Source: Klebsormidium nitens (taxonomy: Eukaryota > Plantae > Klebsormidiophyceae). Taken from it: DNA of 64,000 nucleotides. A program made the translations under genes and the position numbers. The stretch spans positions 1-64,000 of the forward strand of contig DF237272.1 of NCBI GenBank assembly GCA_000708835.1. The letters are read 5' to 3'. The notes beneath the pieces are model-generated. The model searched no databases. It was not told the DNA's origin and worked only from the letters and a program-made list of their open reading frames with translations. Shown piece by piece: positions 48,201 through 60,700 of this stretch; position 1 is the first letter of the stretch; every line of letters begins with the position of its first letter.

Positions 48201-50829
48201 CCTCCATCTCTGGAAGCATCTGCTTTCTTCACAATAATAAAGACCTCTCGATACGCATGCTTACTCGTCCGAGTACCGTTCAATGTGTCTTCAGTGAGAA
48301 GGCGGTCCATGCTAACAACTTCTCTACGTTCCTTACTCGCAGGGAGGCGCCCGTCCGCCAATCTTTGGACGCGGACGAGGATCCGGACGACGTGGCAACT
48401 TTTACGGACGTCCAGCAGCGGATCAGCGCGGCCCGCCACAATACTACGGACCTGCGACCCGCGACGACTGCAAACGTCACCAGGGTAAGGTTCCTGTAAA
48501 TATCGTGCTCGCTGATCACATTTCGGGCCCTTAACCTCGCACCAAGATGTTGTTTCGACGGAGAAAGTTCGAAAGCTTCGAAAAAGGCGGGGAGTAGAGT
48601 ATGTTGTCGAAATCCGTAAAGTTCGCACATACTGGAGTGCAGACGGACCGTGCAACATCTTGGGTGCGAGGTTGAGGGCCCGAGCATGTGTTTCAGGGGT
48701 TTTGGAGAGAGGCAGGGTCGGAAGCAATCTGGGTTGGAGTTTTTGGTATGCAAGAGGAGAAGGGCTGGGGCGCTGTGTGCAAATGCCTGTTGGGTTCCTC
48801 TCGAGTTGAGAAGGAGAGCTTCTAAGAAAGCCTGAATTGTACTGAGTGGCTTCACAGACGTCGTCGGAAGCATGCCAGTCGATTCGTAAAATTCAAAAAT
48901 GCTTCTGAGACCGAAAGCAGTGGACCAAATTTGGAGGGTTGGCGTGCTTCAAATCCGCTTTGGGCAACAGGATTTCGAAGCCACGCCCCCTTTGGAATCA
49001 CTACTTTCTTTCCGAAATTCTTTTCCTTCTTGAATTCCAAGTCAAAACTCTTGCAGCAGAATTTCTTGGAGGTATTGGGAGTCCAAGAACAGGAGCCGCT
49101 CCCTAAATAACCAATCAACCTTGAAAATCTGTCATTGACGTGAGAATGGAACCGTTTACTTCAGGCTGGTCTGCTTTCCGCCCCTCCCCCGAGTGCCGTG
49201 AAGGAGGTCGACCTGTCCGCGCTCGCCGATAAGCTATTCCAGCCGCGGGAGCATATGCCGCGCAGCGGCAGCGTGACGTCAGCATCGTTGCAGCTCCCGG
49301 CCGACGCGCTCCCTCCGCCCAACGGACTGTCGCTTTCCCGGCGCCAGAGTGCCAGGCGTGACGCCATGGGAGCAACGAATCAGGGGGTGCCACTTGGCGG
49401 GGACACTCTAGGAGCCCGCGAGCAGAACGAGAACGAGGAGGTGCGTTAGGCACGCGCCCTTTTGGCAAATTCAATATTATCGGAAGCGGTTTTCCGTCGT
49501 TGGGAAGGAAGGATCTGGCATTGGACTGACATTTATGACGTAACCAAAGTCGGTGAAAGTTGTTTTTCCAATTATGTGTAATACAAAGAGGTATGGACGC
49601 GTTTAAAACAAGGCAATAATACTTCAGCGAGCATTGTCACTAGGCCAGACTCGTTCATTGAGCTCCCTTTTTTTAAAAGCGTACTTCTGCAACAACAGAG
49701 GATTCGGCCTCAGTTTGACCTTCGAAAGGGTGAAATTGAGCACTAACAAGCGTGAACAACATTCGTCTCAAATCTCTTTCGTAAAGTTGTCTCTTTTTCA
49801 GTCCTGTGTCGATCGTGGTCGCTCTGTCCTTTTCGAGACGTCAATCGGCGCACCGACCGTAGCGCTGATAGGAGCTCTCCTTTGCAAAACGGAAGGCAGT
49901 TGCTTCAGCTTACGCTGACCGTGTTAAAATAGTAACATTTGATGCTTCAATCGCTCACGTAGTTCCCGCGTGATTACGTGCAGGCTCGAAAAGGGCTGCG
50001 GCGGCCCCCTTCCCGGCAAAAGCCCCCTCCCGAGTCTCTTCACCTCTTCACGGGTGAGCAATCCGCCTAAGGAGCGGCCCGCGGCTCTTTCTTCAATGCG
50101 ACTCATCATCATTCATTACGCACAGCGGCGTTCGATACATTTCACCAACTTTCGAAAAGTTACGCATATATGGGCCTCAACTTACATTGCTGGGAACTTG
50201 ATGGGACAAACGTCTGTGTTCTTCCGGGGATGCGGATGGTCAAGTTGGAAGGTGTTAGGAGGTCGATCCGTCAACCCGATTTTACAACTAAACACTGCAC
50301 TTCAGGTGAGAAAGAGGTAGCCCAAGCATCGCAAACATGCATCGCACCGCGGCTCCTATTGGCGTCAGGCAACCTAGAAACTCTCGTGAGGTGGGATCCT
50401 TATCGACTAAGGCTTTCAAATGATGGAAGCAGACATTGTCCTGGAACGGTGAGGTCCGACTTCGTTTTCCCAGTTTTCTCCAGCCGACTCACTTCATTCA
50501 TATCAAGCCAATTGAGAAGCTTCTGTATCAAGACGTTTTAATTTTGCTTCTGATTCTTTCCAGCTGACTCTTCCGGCCCTGCGACGCTCGGAGCGAGCCT
50601 CGAGTTGGATGCCCGGCCTGAGACCACGGCGGGCCACATGCGCGTTGGCGTGTCGCAGGCACGTGCCGTCCAGTCGGAGCCCATCAACCGGCTCCACAAA
50701 CTCTTCATCCGCCCGCCGTCTCGCCAGCGGCCGCCTCCCGAGGCGCTGTGCCTGGGCGGAATCGAAGCGGCGGCGGCAGAAAAGTCGTTCCGAGAGATCT
50801 ACAGCAGCTCGGACTGCGAGTCTCCGTAG
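45201..50829 (+). CDS. Large intrinsically disordered Ser/Arg/Gly-rich protein with repeated RP(P/S/G/A)SR motifs
   Basis: In-phase exons 45201-46253, 46696-46998, 47719-47828 (GC donor), 48343-48484, 49165-49440, 49984-50053, 50564-50829. No globular domain recognised. Confidence 0.68.
47460..47706 (+). repeat. Two degenerate tandem copies of an intron tail plus acceptor upstream of exon 47719
   Basis: cgtttttgaagactgtgcgttcc versus cgtttttgacgagtgtgcgttcc. tag|gcccgactatacctgg (47471) and tag|cccgactttacctgg (47607) precede the real cag|gccactccccgg (47718). Confidence 0.75.
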
Positions 50830-51797
50830 GATCGGCTTTGGGTAGGAGATCATTGCCCGCAAGCCTGCGAATCTGCTATAGCGAAGTCAGTTGATCGAGA
50901 CTAATAGACTTTGGGCAGTGATAGGCAACCGTTGAATCTTCTTGTACCACACGCGGCCAGGCTTCAAGTCAAGTATAACGTACCCAGTGTGCATCATCGA
51001 CCAATAACATTCCCTCTGCCAAACCCGTTCCGGCCAATTTCCAAACATAGTACAGGTTTGCAACGGTACCTCAGAGTCAGTCTTTGGAGCAAGTCTGCCG
51101 CCTACCATTGTAACAATTCTGGCCTTACTGAGCAAGCTAATGATCGTGCACAGTGACTTCGCAAAACTGCAAATAGGAACGGTGCCAGATTGTAAGAAGC
51201 GCGACGGTGATTGAAACAGCTAGCTATAGCTGTGCGCGGCCTTTGATGCATTTCACATGATGCCGCCATATGTGCAGACTGTGCGGTCCGACCGTGCAGA
51301 ATACACATGCATGCTTTTGTACGTACATGTTGCCGATGGATCACTGAACTTTGCATCGCGTCTGAGCATGTAGGTAGGCTGAGATCAGGCCACTTGACAA
51401 GCATCATAAATTCATGCATGCACTTTGAGCGACCAAATACACTGCTTTCTTTGCTCACTTTGAAAGCAGTGTATTTCGAATTCTTCTTCCTGAATTCATC
51501 TCTTGGCGCACACGTGCATGTATCCAACAATACGATTTGTCCTGATTACTGAAAAACAAAGGCTTAAACAACTTAACAGGTCGGCAGATCGACCATCATG
51601 TTTGTACGGTGCGGATCGGTCAAATACGATTTCCATTACCTGGGGGTTGCAAGTACCCATCCGATCCGATTACCGTGTCTCGTTGATGTCCCTACTCTCA
51701 GTCGAGTTGTTCGATCGAAGTCACAGTTCTTTCAGCAAGTTGCTGAAAAGGTGATCATACCTGAAGCGACTTTCAGCAGATGTGACAGTCAAGTTTA

Positions 51798-53666
51798 TCA
51801 AAGCAGGAGGGGCGGACAGAGGCTGTACCACTTCAGAGCAGGCAGAAAGATGGGGGCGGCAGACCTGCAAACAAAGAGATACGTCAAGAATACGAAGGAA
51901 GAGCAGTCGAACTCATTTGGCTGCGGCGGGCACTCCATCTTTCTGCACCTTGATCTCAAGCGGGCCACTCCTGTCCTGGGTTCACGTAGTCATCGCATCA
52001 AAAATTTCTTGCATACAATTCCCCTCATTTGAGATCACAGTTTCCCTAGCTCGTGCCTCTCAGCACCTACATGCTACCACAATCTCTCTGGAACTGAGGT
52101 TGGAGCCCGTCAAGTCCGGTTGGCACTTCTTAAGGTCTTAGCTAGCCCAAGGCTCGATGGACATGAAAAGGGCTAACAGCAAGCAGAACCTTAGCAATCG
52201 GAGGACATATAACGGAGGGGAGATGAGTGGCACAATCTGGCGCACGCTCCTCTGAACAGTAATGGCTCACCCGTCTTGATTGTGATCACCCGCTCCACCG
52301 CATACCTCCGCCTGACATACACCGCCGGTTGCGACAGGTCCCAGGACGCGTCCACCGTTCGCCGGAGGCGCCACGCCCCGCTCGGCAGCACCTCGAACAT
52401 CATAAGCGTCCGGGCCACGCAGTCCCACATGAAGCCCATGGTGGCATAGGAGATGGCCATCGAGCTGTTGATTCCGGCGAGCGAGTATGCGTCCTCGTTG
52501 AGAATGATCATGGGGTTTCGGACCTTCTTCTCGTGGTCGTACAAGTGGCCGAACTCGCTGCAGCTGACCATGGCCCCGTACGCATCGGGATCGACGTTGT
52601 CATGCGCGAAGTCGCTGATGGTGATCGTCCACGTGTCTCTGCCAAAGAGCCTCGCAGAGAGGTCTTTGCTGGTCAGTAGGATCTGTAGGGTGCAAGATGC
52701 GGGGTCTCAGTACTGCTTTACAAGTTGGGGTTCGATCGGATGCGAATGGAGAGAAAAGCAGCCACCATTTCAGGTGCACATTCAAAGGATCGTGCTAAAT
52801 TAAATGCTATGTCTAAGTAGAAAACCATTTGGCCTCCTTGCAAAGGGCATGTAAGAAAGTCGTGTTTGAGACCCCACTACCACCACATGTTGCAGGTGGG
52901 GAATTTGCATTCAGGGACTGAGTGTGATAATCATAACTTGATTGCAGAACTACACTCACAGCGAGCTTCATTCTGAACGACTGGCAGGATACGGTGTGGC
53001 TTTAGCTTGGACAATTTTGCTGTAGCTCCAACTATACCTACTGTTCCAACATCTGAGAAGTGAAGCACTCACTCCAATGGGGTGTTCCTCCGTCACAGGC
53101 ACCGCCTGCGTGCTTGCAATCCTGATGACCCCATCCTCGTCTGACAGGATGGTCTCGTACTTGGCAGCATACGCAGGGTCCACTCTCCACTTCCGGAGGT
53201 CTTTCAAAGGGTCAAACTGCCAGCACTGATGTAACTCAAGCTGCTGAGTCTTTTTGATCAAGTGCAGCGTAGTCTCTGGCCCCTCAAGGCCCTCTGTCTG
53301 GCCTTCTAGCAAACTCTCAACCAGGCTCTTGGAAGGACAAACAGCCCCCTGCGTGTCTCTCAGCTCATAATGCTTCCTTTCAGCTGCCGCCACATCGAAG
53401 TGCTGGATTGCATCGCTAAACAGGTCCCCCATTGTCTGGCCTCTTTCGTGCCTGAACGCCTGGACTCGGTCTTGAAAAATGACGTTGAGGATCCCAGAAG
53501 ATTCCTTCACTGCATTAGCGCGCTGCCGCTTTGCGTTGCGCACTCCGCCCTCCTCGTTAAGGCCGCGAGGCAAAAGATAGCGTGTTTCATCTCCAGAGGG
53601 TTGAGCCTTTGCCAAAGACTGCCTGATAGGATACCTCCTCAGCTGTTCCTCTTTGACAGAGGCCAT
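51798..53666 (-). CDS. Hypothetical protein (about 352 aa) with a possible ubiquitin-like segment near the N-terminus
   Basis: In-phase exons 53666-53038, 52668-52306, 51864-51798; exon 2 has strongly coding-like GC3. The segment VIFQDRVQAFRHERGQTMGDLFSDAIQHF...YELRD looks beta-grasp-like (weak). Confidence 0.65.
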
Positions 53667-54660
53667 GTTTCGCCTCATCTGACGTATCTTCTCTCAAGGT
53701 TGGGAATTTCTTCTTTGAAGAATCCTTGCTTTCCTTGCAAAGCTGACGACACGTAGGTAGTCAGAACTGACAGTCCCCGGTTTGCAAGACTGTCCGGAGC
53801 ACGCTTCCTGCACGCTTCCTCTTCTTTTGAGGGGTGATGGGCTGCACTCCGGTACCACTTGCGCCTCTGCCACTGGCCGAGGGTCGACTCTAGAGACTAC
53901 GGTAGGTCGCTAGAGCATGCTCTCGAGTCTCGTGAATCATATGGAAGCCTAGCATTTTGCAGTCTTCTCGGACTCCCGGCAGATGCAGTGCAGTGTGCGG
54001 CGTAGGTACGTTGTGTAGGTACATTTGCATTTCCTCCCCCGGTACTGATGTTGACCAGAGCCCCGGTGGTTCTACCGGTAGCCTTATTTGAAGGGCTTCT
54101 ATTATACCGTACTAGGTAATTATAGCTCAGCAGTCTTGACTCAGGCTCGCTACAGCAGCAGCGTAGCTCCCCGGGTTGCCAACATTGCCAAGTTCTGGGA
54201 GAGGAGTATTTGGCGGCAAATTTCTAAAGCATGCGCGTTTAAATTGGGGTCCAGACAACTAGAGCGAGCTTTTCCAAGTCCTTGCGGATTTCAGGCTTCA
54301 GTGAACTATTGAACACGTGTAAGGCTGAGGCACTGCATAGGATCGGGGATCTGTGATTGGCCTAAAACTTCAGATCGTGGAAGCTTCTTTGGGCGCCACG
54401 TCGAGCAGTTACGTATCGGTCTATCGTCTCAGTCTGGACTCTGACCTCTCGACCTCGCAGGGAAGATCACATGGCCGCTTCTGATGGCGCTTCTGCAGAG
54501 AGATCTTTCAGGGCGCTGATGTCAATGGAAGATTTTTCAAATTGCCTCAGGCTCCAGTGGCAGTAGTCGTCAAGACTGTCTTGATGGTTGCGTGCCCGCA
54601 TTTCTGAATGCAGCACCAGATCTCCAATTGGGCTTCTAAGTTCTTTCTCAAGTATATTTC

Positions 54661-54697
54661 ATGAGCGAGTGGAGCGCCCCTATGAGCGAGTGGAGCG
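54661..54697. repeat. 16-bp direct repeat ATGAGCGAGTGGAGCG x2 (period 21) upstream of the helicase
   Basis: Exact copies at 54661-54676 and 54682-54697. Confidence 0.85.
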
Positions 54698-54797
54698 GGG
54701 CGATTGTGTTCATTGTTCCGGGGGCCTCTCGGAATGCTGTCAGGCACATAATGTCACTTTGAAGATGCTTTGATGATCTGATCAGTCACGACACACA

Positions 54798-57700
54798 ATG
54801 GCCCAAGCAAGGCTGCGGCCGCTTTCCGGCGCCTCCCTTACTTCCTGCTTCTTGAACGAAGCTTCTGGGCCCAGCTTGCCGGACAGCCACCGTCAGATCT
54901 GCGGACCGTGTCTGTTGCGTGGGCGCATGCTGACAGCTGGCAGAAGTGGCACCGAGAAGAATGGTCGCTTTGGTGCGCGGGTTGTGGTCGCTGTCGCAGA
55001 CGCGGTCAATGTCACCGAGACTGCCTCGCAGAAAGGGACTCAGCGGACGGCAGGCGGTAGAGCGAGGAAGAACTCAGGGGTGCCAACTAGGCGCGGCGAG
55101 GATCTAGACGAGGGGGTGTTCGACAGAGCTGTCCTTGCACTTACCGACTCGAGCAAGCCGAACAAAGCAAGCACACCGAAGGGGCGGAGGCCTAGTTCTA
55201 CAGATGTGGACCTAGTGTCTGCCTTGGCAAACCTGACAACCAGAAAGAATGCATCCAATGCAAGGGGCGAGGTGGAGCCCAATGCAGGGGACCCTCGAGG
55301 GAAAAGGCAGGTTGGGAAGAACGTTGTGGCCTGGCTCTCTCGAGGAATGTCGCAAATGGCAACAGAGCTTCTGGACGAATCTAGTTCGCTGCAAGCACGG
55401 GTTAGGGAGCCCAACTTCTCGCTAGTGCTAGCGGCGCAGCAGTACCTGTGGAGAAACAATCAGCCAATGGGGGAGGAGGCAAAGTGCCAGGTGGCAGCGA
55501 CCCATTTGCCGACGCTGTGGGACCATCTGCAGAGGGAGGTGCGCATCATTCTGAGCAGGGAGGGCAGCCCGGAGAAGAATGAGGCGTGGCGCAAAGTCAA
55601 GGCCCTTGCGTGGAGACGTAAGCTGCCACATTCCCAGCTGACATCCTGCATGATTTTGCCTCCTGTTGCCTGTACCAGGTTAAATTGGTCCGGGTCTGCA
55701 TTTGATACCATTGCTTTTTTGCCTACCCACTCTTGAAATTGTCAGATCTCGATGGAAGGGGCTTAGAACACACTAGTTTAGGATGGTGGCTCACCTCGCT
55801 AGCGGGAGCCTACATGCTCTTTGCTGTGCAGTTTCTGATTAATAGGCTTGCGCCCTGGAAGCTAGGTAGCTCTCTCTGCAGCTGTGCTTTGGCCCAGCAT
55901 GTCTTGTGATGTTGAGTCGATCTTTTTGATTTGCCCGGGCTAATTGGGAACAGATTATTGGGGCATGGACTCGGAAAGAGTCACTAGACTGACTGCAAGA
56001 TAGTTTACCAGTTTCCTTCATCAAGTTGCTTTTGTTGGTGAATACATTCCTTTTGCGACTGTGCCTGAACACCTCGGATGCGAGTCAGCTGAAAGCATCG
56101 TTCAGGATAAGGAGCTTCCAAAGACGGGCATGGACAGGCGCGGTGGCTCCTGCATTGGCTGCTCTGTTCTGCTTCTTGGCGTGCTTTTAATTCTGAATTG
56201 TGACCGTTGAATAAGCTCAATAAAGAGACTTCTCTTCTGCCTGGTTTTATTTGAGCAGCTGACTATTGATCCTCTGCAATTCTCTAATGCGTCTGGGTTT
56301 TTGACCATCCCGTAGGCCAACAAAGAGCATGCTCAAGTATGCTGAGTCAAATCCCAAATCAAACCGTGATACTGTCCAAAGTGTGCCATGCTTATCATCC
56401 TGCTTAATGACAGAACTCGAGCGAGGAATCTTGTCAAACCACAGCTTGTGAGTTCCTAAAGTCCACACCAGTCCTGACTAGCCTTTGCTCTCCTTGCAGC
56501 CGAACACAAGGCCTCCGCCCGCAAAGGCACCCCCGCCGCTGCCCCTTCTCTGGGTCCCACCCGCGAACAACTTCGTGCGGTTCAGGCCAGGGTGGACGAG
56601 TTTGTGAAGAAGGCGAGCGAGTTGTTGGAGATCGAGAGGGCTGCGGAAGTCGAGGCGACGAAGCGGGCGCTCGACGGGGCGGAGATGCCGGTTGAGGAAG
56701 AAGACCGGGACAACAGCCTGCGGAAGATTGTCGTGGTGCGCTCGTATACAGGTGGGGGGGGTACTTTTACATTCAATTAATGCTGGCTCTCTGATTGCTT
56801 GGAGATGTTCTTTACCAGCGGGTACAACAAAGTCTCTGCCGAGGAGTTTGAAAATCTCTCTCAGACTCTCAATCTAGGTGGCTATTAGAAGCCTATCTGC
56901 TCTGGAACCTGTGAAGTCTGATTTCCTTAGAACTCCTAAGCATATTTTGACCAAGATCTAACTACCAAGTAACCAAGATCTAACCACCAATTAACCAAGA
57001 TCTAAGCACCACTTAACCAAAGTCTATGCTTCTAATTGCAGGCCTCGGTGGGCAGCACCTAGCGCAGCTGCGCAGCGTCGGCCCCCCCGGAAAGAAGCTC
57101 CCCCCTTCCGCAATTAGCCCAGGGGATCTGGTTTACCTGCGCCCCGAGGGTTCGGCGGGGCCGGGGTGGGGGGAGGAGATGCGGGGCACCGTGCAATCAT
57201 TGGGACAGGACGGGGCGACCATTTCGATTGCACTCGAAAAGAGGCATGGGGACCCCGCGACCGCAAAGCTGTTTGGGAGAGTGCTGAGGGTGGATCGCGT
57301 CAGGGAGCTGGCAGATGGGGTTACATACGAGGTTAGTGGGCTGGGTTAAAGGTTACCAGGTATTAAGATACATTTATCATGACACAGCCTCTAGATTTTT
57401 GGAGATTGGATGCTGGAAGGGAGGGAGGAGCACATACAGTGATAGAGTCATGGACGAGCCAAACAAGTAGTCAAATTGTTTGCCGAGTGCGGTGATTCCA
57501 GGGCATCCATCGAAGGTTCCTGCGGAGGGGTGTTGCATTTTGGACGGACGAAATGATACTCAAGGCCTCAGCTGGTTTCCGCATGTCGAGGACCTGAGTA
57601 CTGGAAAAGTGCGCTGACATCGTCATGTTCTTTGGGTTACAATGTTGTCTTGCTTCGGAAAGTCCTTTTGACCCCTTTTGCGGTCACTTCTGAACGTCCC

Positions 57701-60700
57701 AGTGTTCTAACCCGATGTCAATAATGGCCTAGGTTCCATTGTTCGCTTTCTTGGACTCCTGAAATTGACGCGATCTTTGTAATGTGCAGCGCAACCTGGC
57801 CGCCCTCAAAGCGCTTCAGAAGGGCGGCGTAAAGGCCCCCGCCGCGCGCGTCATCCGAACGCTCTTCGGTGACGGCCTCAACATCGTCGAAGCCCCCGGG
57901 GGGATCCCCCAACCCACATCCCAAACCCCAAACCCGACCACCCCCACGGAAGCAGAACCCGAGACTCCTCCAAACACAGCCCCAAAGCTCAAGTTGCTGT
58001 TGAAAGAGTCGCAGAGTCGTAAGGGGGGGGTGCGACACCCCGAGGCGGATTTCGACTATTTGGACGAATCGCAGCAGGGGGCCGTTCGGAAGGCGTTGGA
58101 TAGGGAGGGGGCCGTGACCGTGATTCAGGGCCCCCCCGGAACGGGGAAGACGGTCGTTGTGTGTGACATCATCGCAAAGGCGGTGGCGCGGGGGGAACGG
58201 GTGCTCGCGACGGCGCCCACCAATGCGGCCGTGGATAATATGGTGAGGGGCAGTTTCAATCCGCTTGTTCGAGCATCGCACTTGCGTTCGCGTTGCTTCT
58301 AGGCTTCCGGATCGGCCGAGAACGACGGATACGTCCATGCCTTTGGACCAATTCGCTCTGGGTCTACTAGTATCGAGAGGAACACTCTCTTCAGTCAACC
58401 CACTTCTTCCTCTCTTATGTCGAGAAGCTCAGCACGCTTTGTGGTGCGCGGTGGCAGCTTCGGTTGCCCCTCCTCTCTTGTAGAACCTTTTCCTTCGATT
58501 GTCTATTCACCCCCACCTCGTTCCTTTTCTACACAGCTCGAGAAGCTGGGCATGATGGTCCTCGTTGGCAACCCGCAGTGCATGACCCCTCTCGATTCCT
58601 CTTCCTTTTTTCTGGTTGACTTTTCCACTAACAGCTCAATAACCGTTCCATACTCCACCTCAAACGGCATCTTCCCCTCCGCCGCAGGTCGAGAAGCTCT
58701 CAACAATGGGCTTGAACGTCGTCCGTGTCGGCAACCCGCAGCGCATGACCCCCGCCGTCACGAGCCGCGCACTTCAGGTGCAGGTCGACGCGGAGCTGGC
58801 CGACTGGCGGCGCGACATGGCGCGGCGGCGCGCAGACGTCCGGGAAGATATGCGCGCGTGCGCACAGGACGAGGAGATGGTGGCGGGGCTCAAGACGATG
58901 CTGCGCAAGATGGGGCGCACGCTCAAGACGACGGAGCGGCAGACGGTAAGTAAACTTGGGTTTGGAAAACTCTGTTCTGGATCGGTTTTCGTTCGTGATT
59001 TTGGGGTGTGTTTAAAGTAAAGGAATGCCAATGATTTGCACCAGCTTCAAGAGGTTGGATTGAGAAAGACCAATCTTTGACTACTGACCGAGACGATGTT
59101 GCGCAAGACGAGGCGACTTTGAAAATGACAATGCAGCAGACCGTATGAATACAAAGCGGTCACGAAAGGTTTTGGGTATGAACTAGGGTAGCGTTCGGCA
59201 CAAAATTCGACCGGTGGAACCGTCGAACAAATAGCTTTTGGGGGATGATTAAGACGTTATTGCGCAACGTGTGGCGCAAGCGGCAAACGCAAACGGCATG
59301 TGTTTTCAGGTACTTTGCTTCGGTGGTCGAGGACTCGGGCTATGCGTGGGCAAAGTGGATTACACGGGCCGAAATCTTGAAAATGCAGTCGTGAACCTCG
59401 CGCCCCTTATAGTTCAACGTCGTCGAAGTCAGCGGCTCTCGTCACGCGAGTTCTGACTCCTTCTCAGCTGACGTGACACCCCGTTTTCTCCCGCAGGTGA
59501 AGCTGATTCTGAGCCAGGCCCAGGTGGTGCTGTGCACCAACTCGGGTGCGGCCGACTCGCTGGTGCAGAACGAGGGGCCGTTCGACATGGTGGTCGTGGA
59601 CGAGGCGGGGCAAGCCACCGAGCCAAGCTGCTGGATCCCTCTGCTGCAGGTAGGAGGCAATTGAATGTTTCAATCGGTTTTCCTTCTCTAGAATTTTAGA
59701 AGGCGTTTTTAAACTGGTGTGGACGAGGAGGGACAGATCATCAGGCCGAACTGTTGGATCTTGCTCTTGCAGGCAATACGCATTCAGCTCCCGCATCAGC
59801 TTCGTAGATTTAGGAGTTTTTCAAAGGTGTTGTGTCGTGAATTGTGGGCAAGCCACCAAACCAAGCTGCTGAACCGTGCTGCTGCATGGAACGCCCTGGT
59901 TGTTGACCGTAACAGGATTGACAGCCCTTGCACCTCACTTGCAAGACGGGATCTCAGACTGTCGTAGGGCCCGACACAGTCGAGCAACTTGTGCCTTCAA
60001 AGCAAACGTCGTTTTGAGTGTGTGTCCATATGCTCGCTCTCCGAGTTGAAGGACCGCCCTCTTCGCATTTGGTGCTCGCTAGAAGTGGGAGATTCTGCTT
60101 GCTTCCATTCCGTCCTTACTGGTCCCCGCATCAGAGACTTTCGCTTCAGAAGCTTGCAACCTCGGCATCGGCAAGCCGAACTACCAGGAAGAAGGCTTCA
60201 TAGGTACCTCTGGCAAAAGGAGCATTGAGTGAGGTTTAGAACCCGAACTATTTCGATATGCAGGGCAAGCGCGCCATTCTGGCAGGCGATACGTGTCAGC
60301 TGGCGCCTACTGTCCTGAGCCGGGAGGCGATGGAGGGCGGCCTCGCCGTCAGTCTGATGGAGCGCGCGATGAGCCTCTACCAGGGCCGACTGCACTCTAT
60401 GCTCCAGGTAAGGAACAAATGCAACGGATTTCGCGCAGAGCGCAGAGACGTAACCTGCCTTTTGTCTTGTGTCTAATGACGTCAGAGCCACGTCGCTCTA
60501 GATGACTACTGTACCTGTCTGTGCGTTTGCGGATCAAAGCGAAGCGGGGTTGCCGAGAGTGAGGGCTGAGATGTGCCCGTCACAAACTTCTTTCTTTCTG
60601 AAATTTGAGCACCGTAGTGAAAGGGGGCTGAACTGCTGACCATCGCGCAACGCTGTCGTGGCGCCTCTCTGTGAGTGTCATGTTTTGGTTCGGGTCAGAA

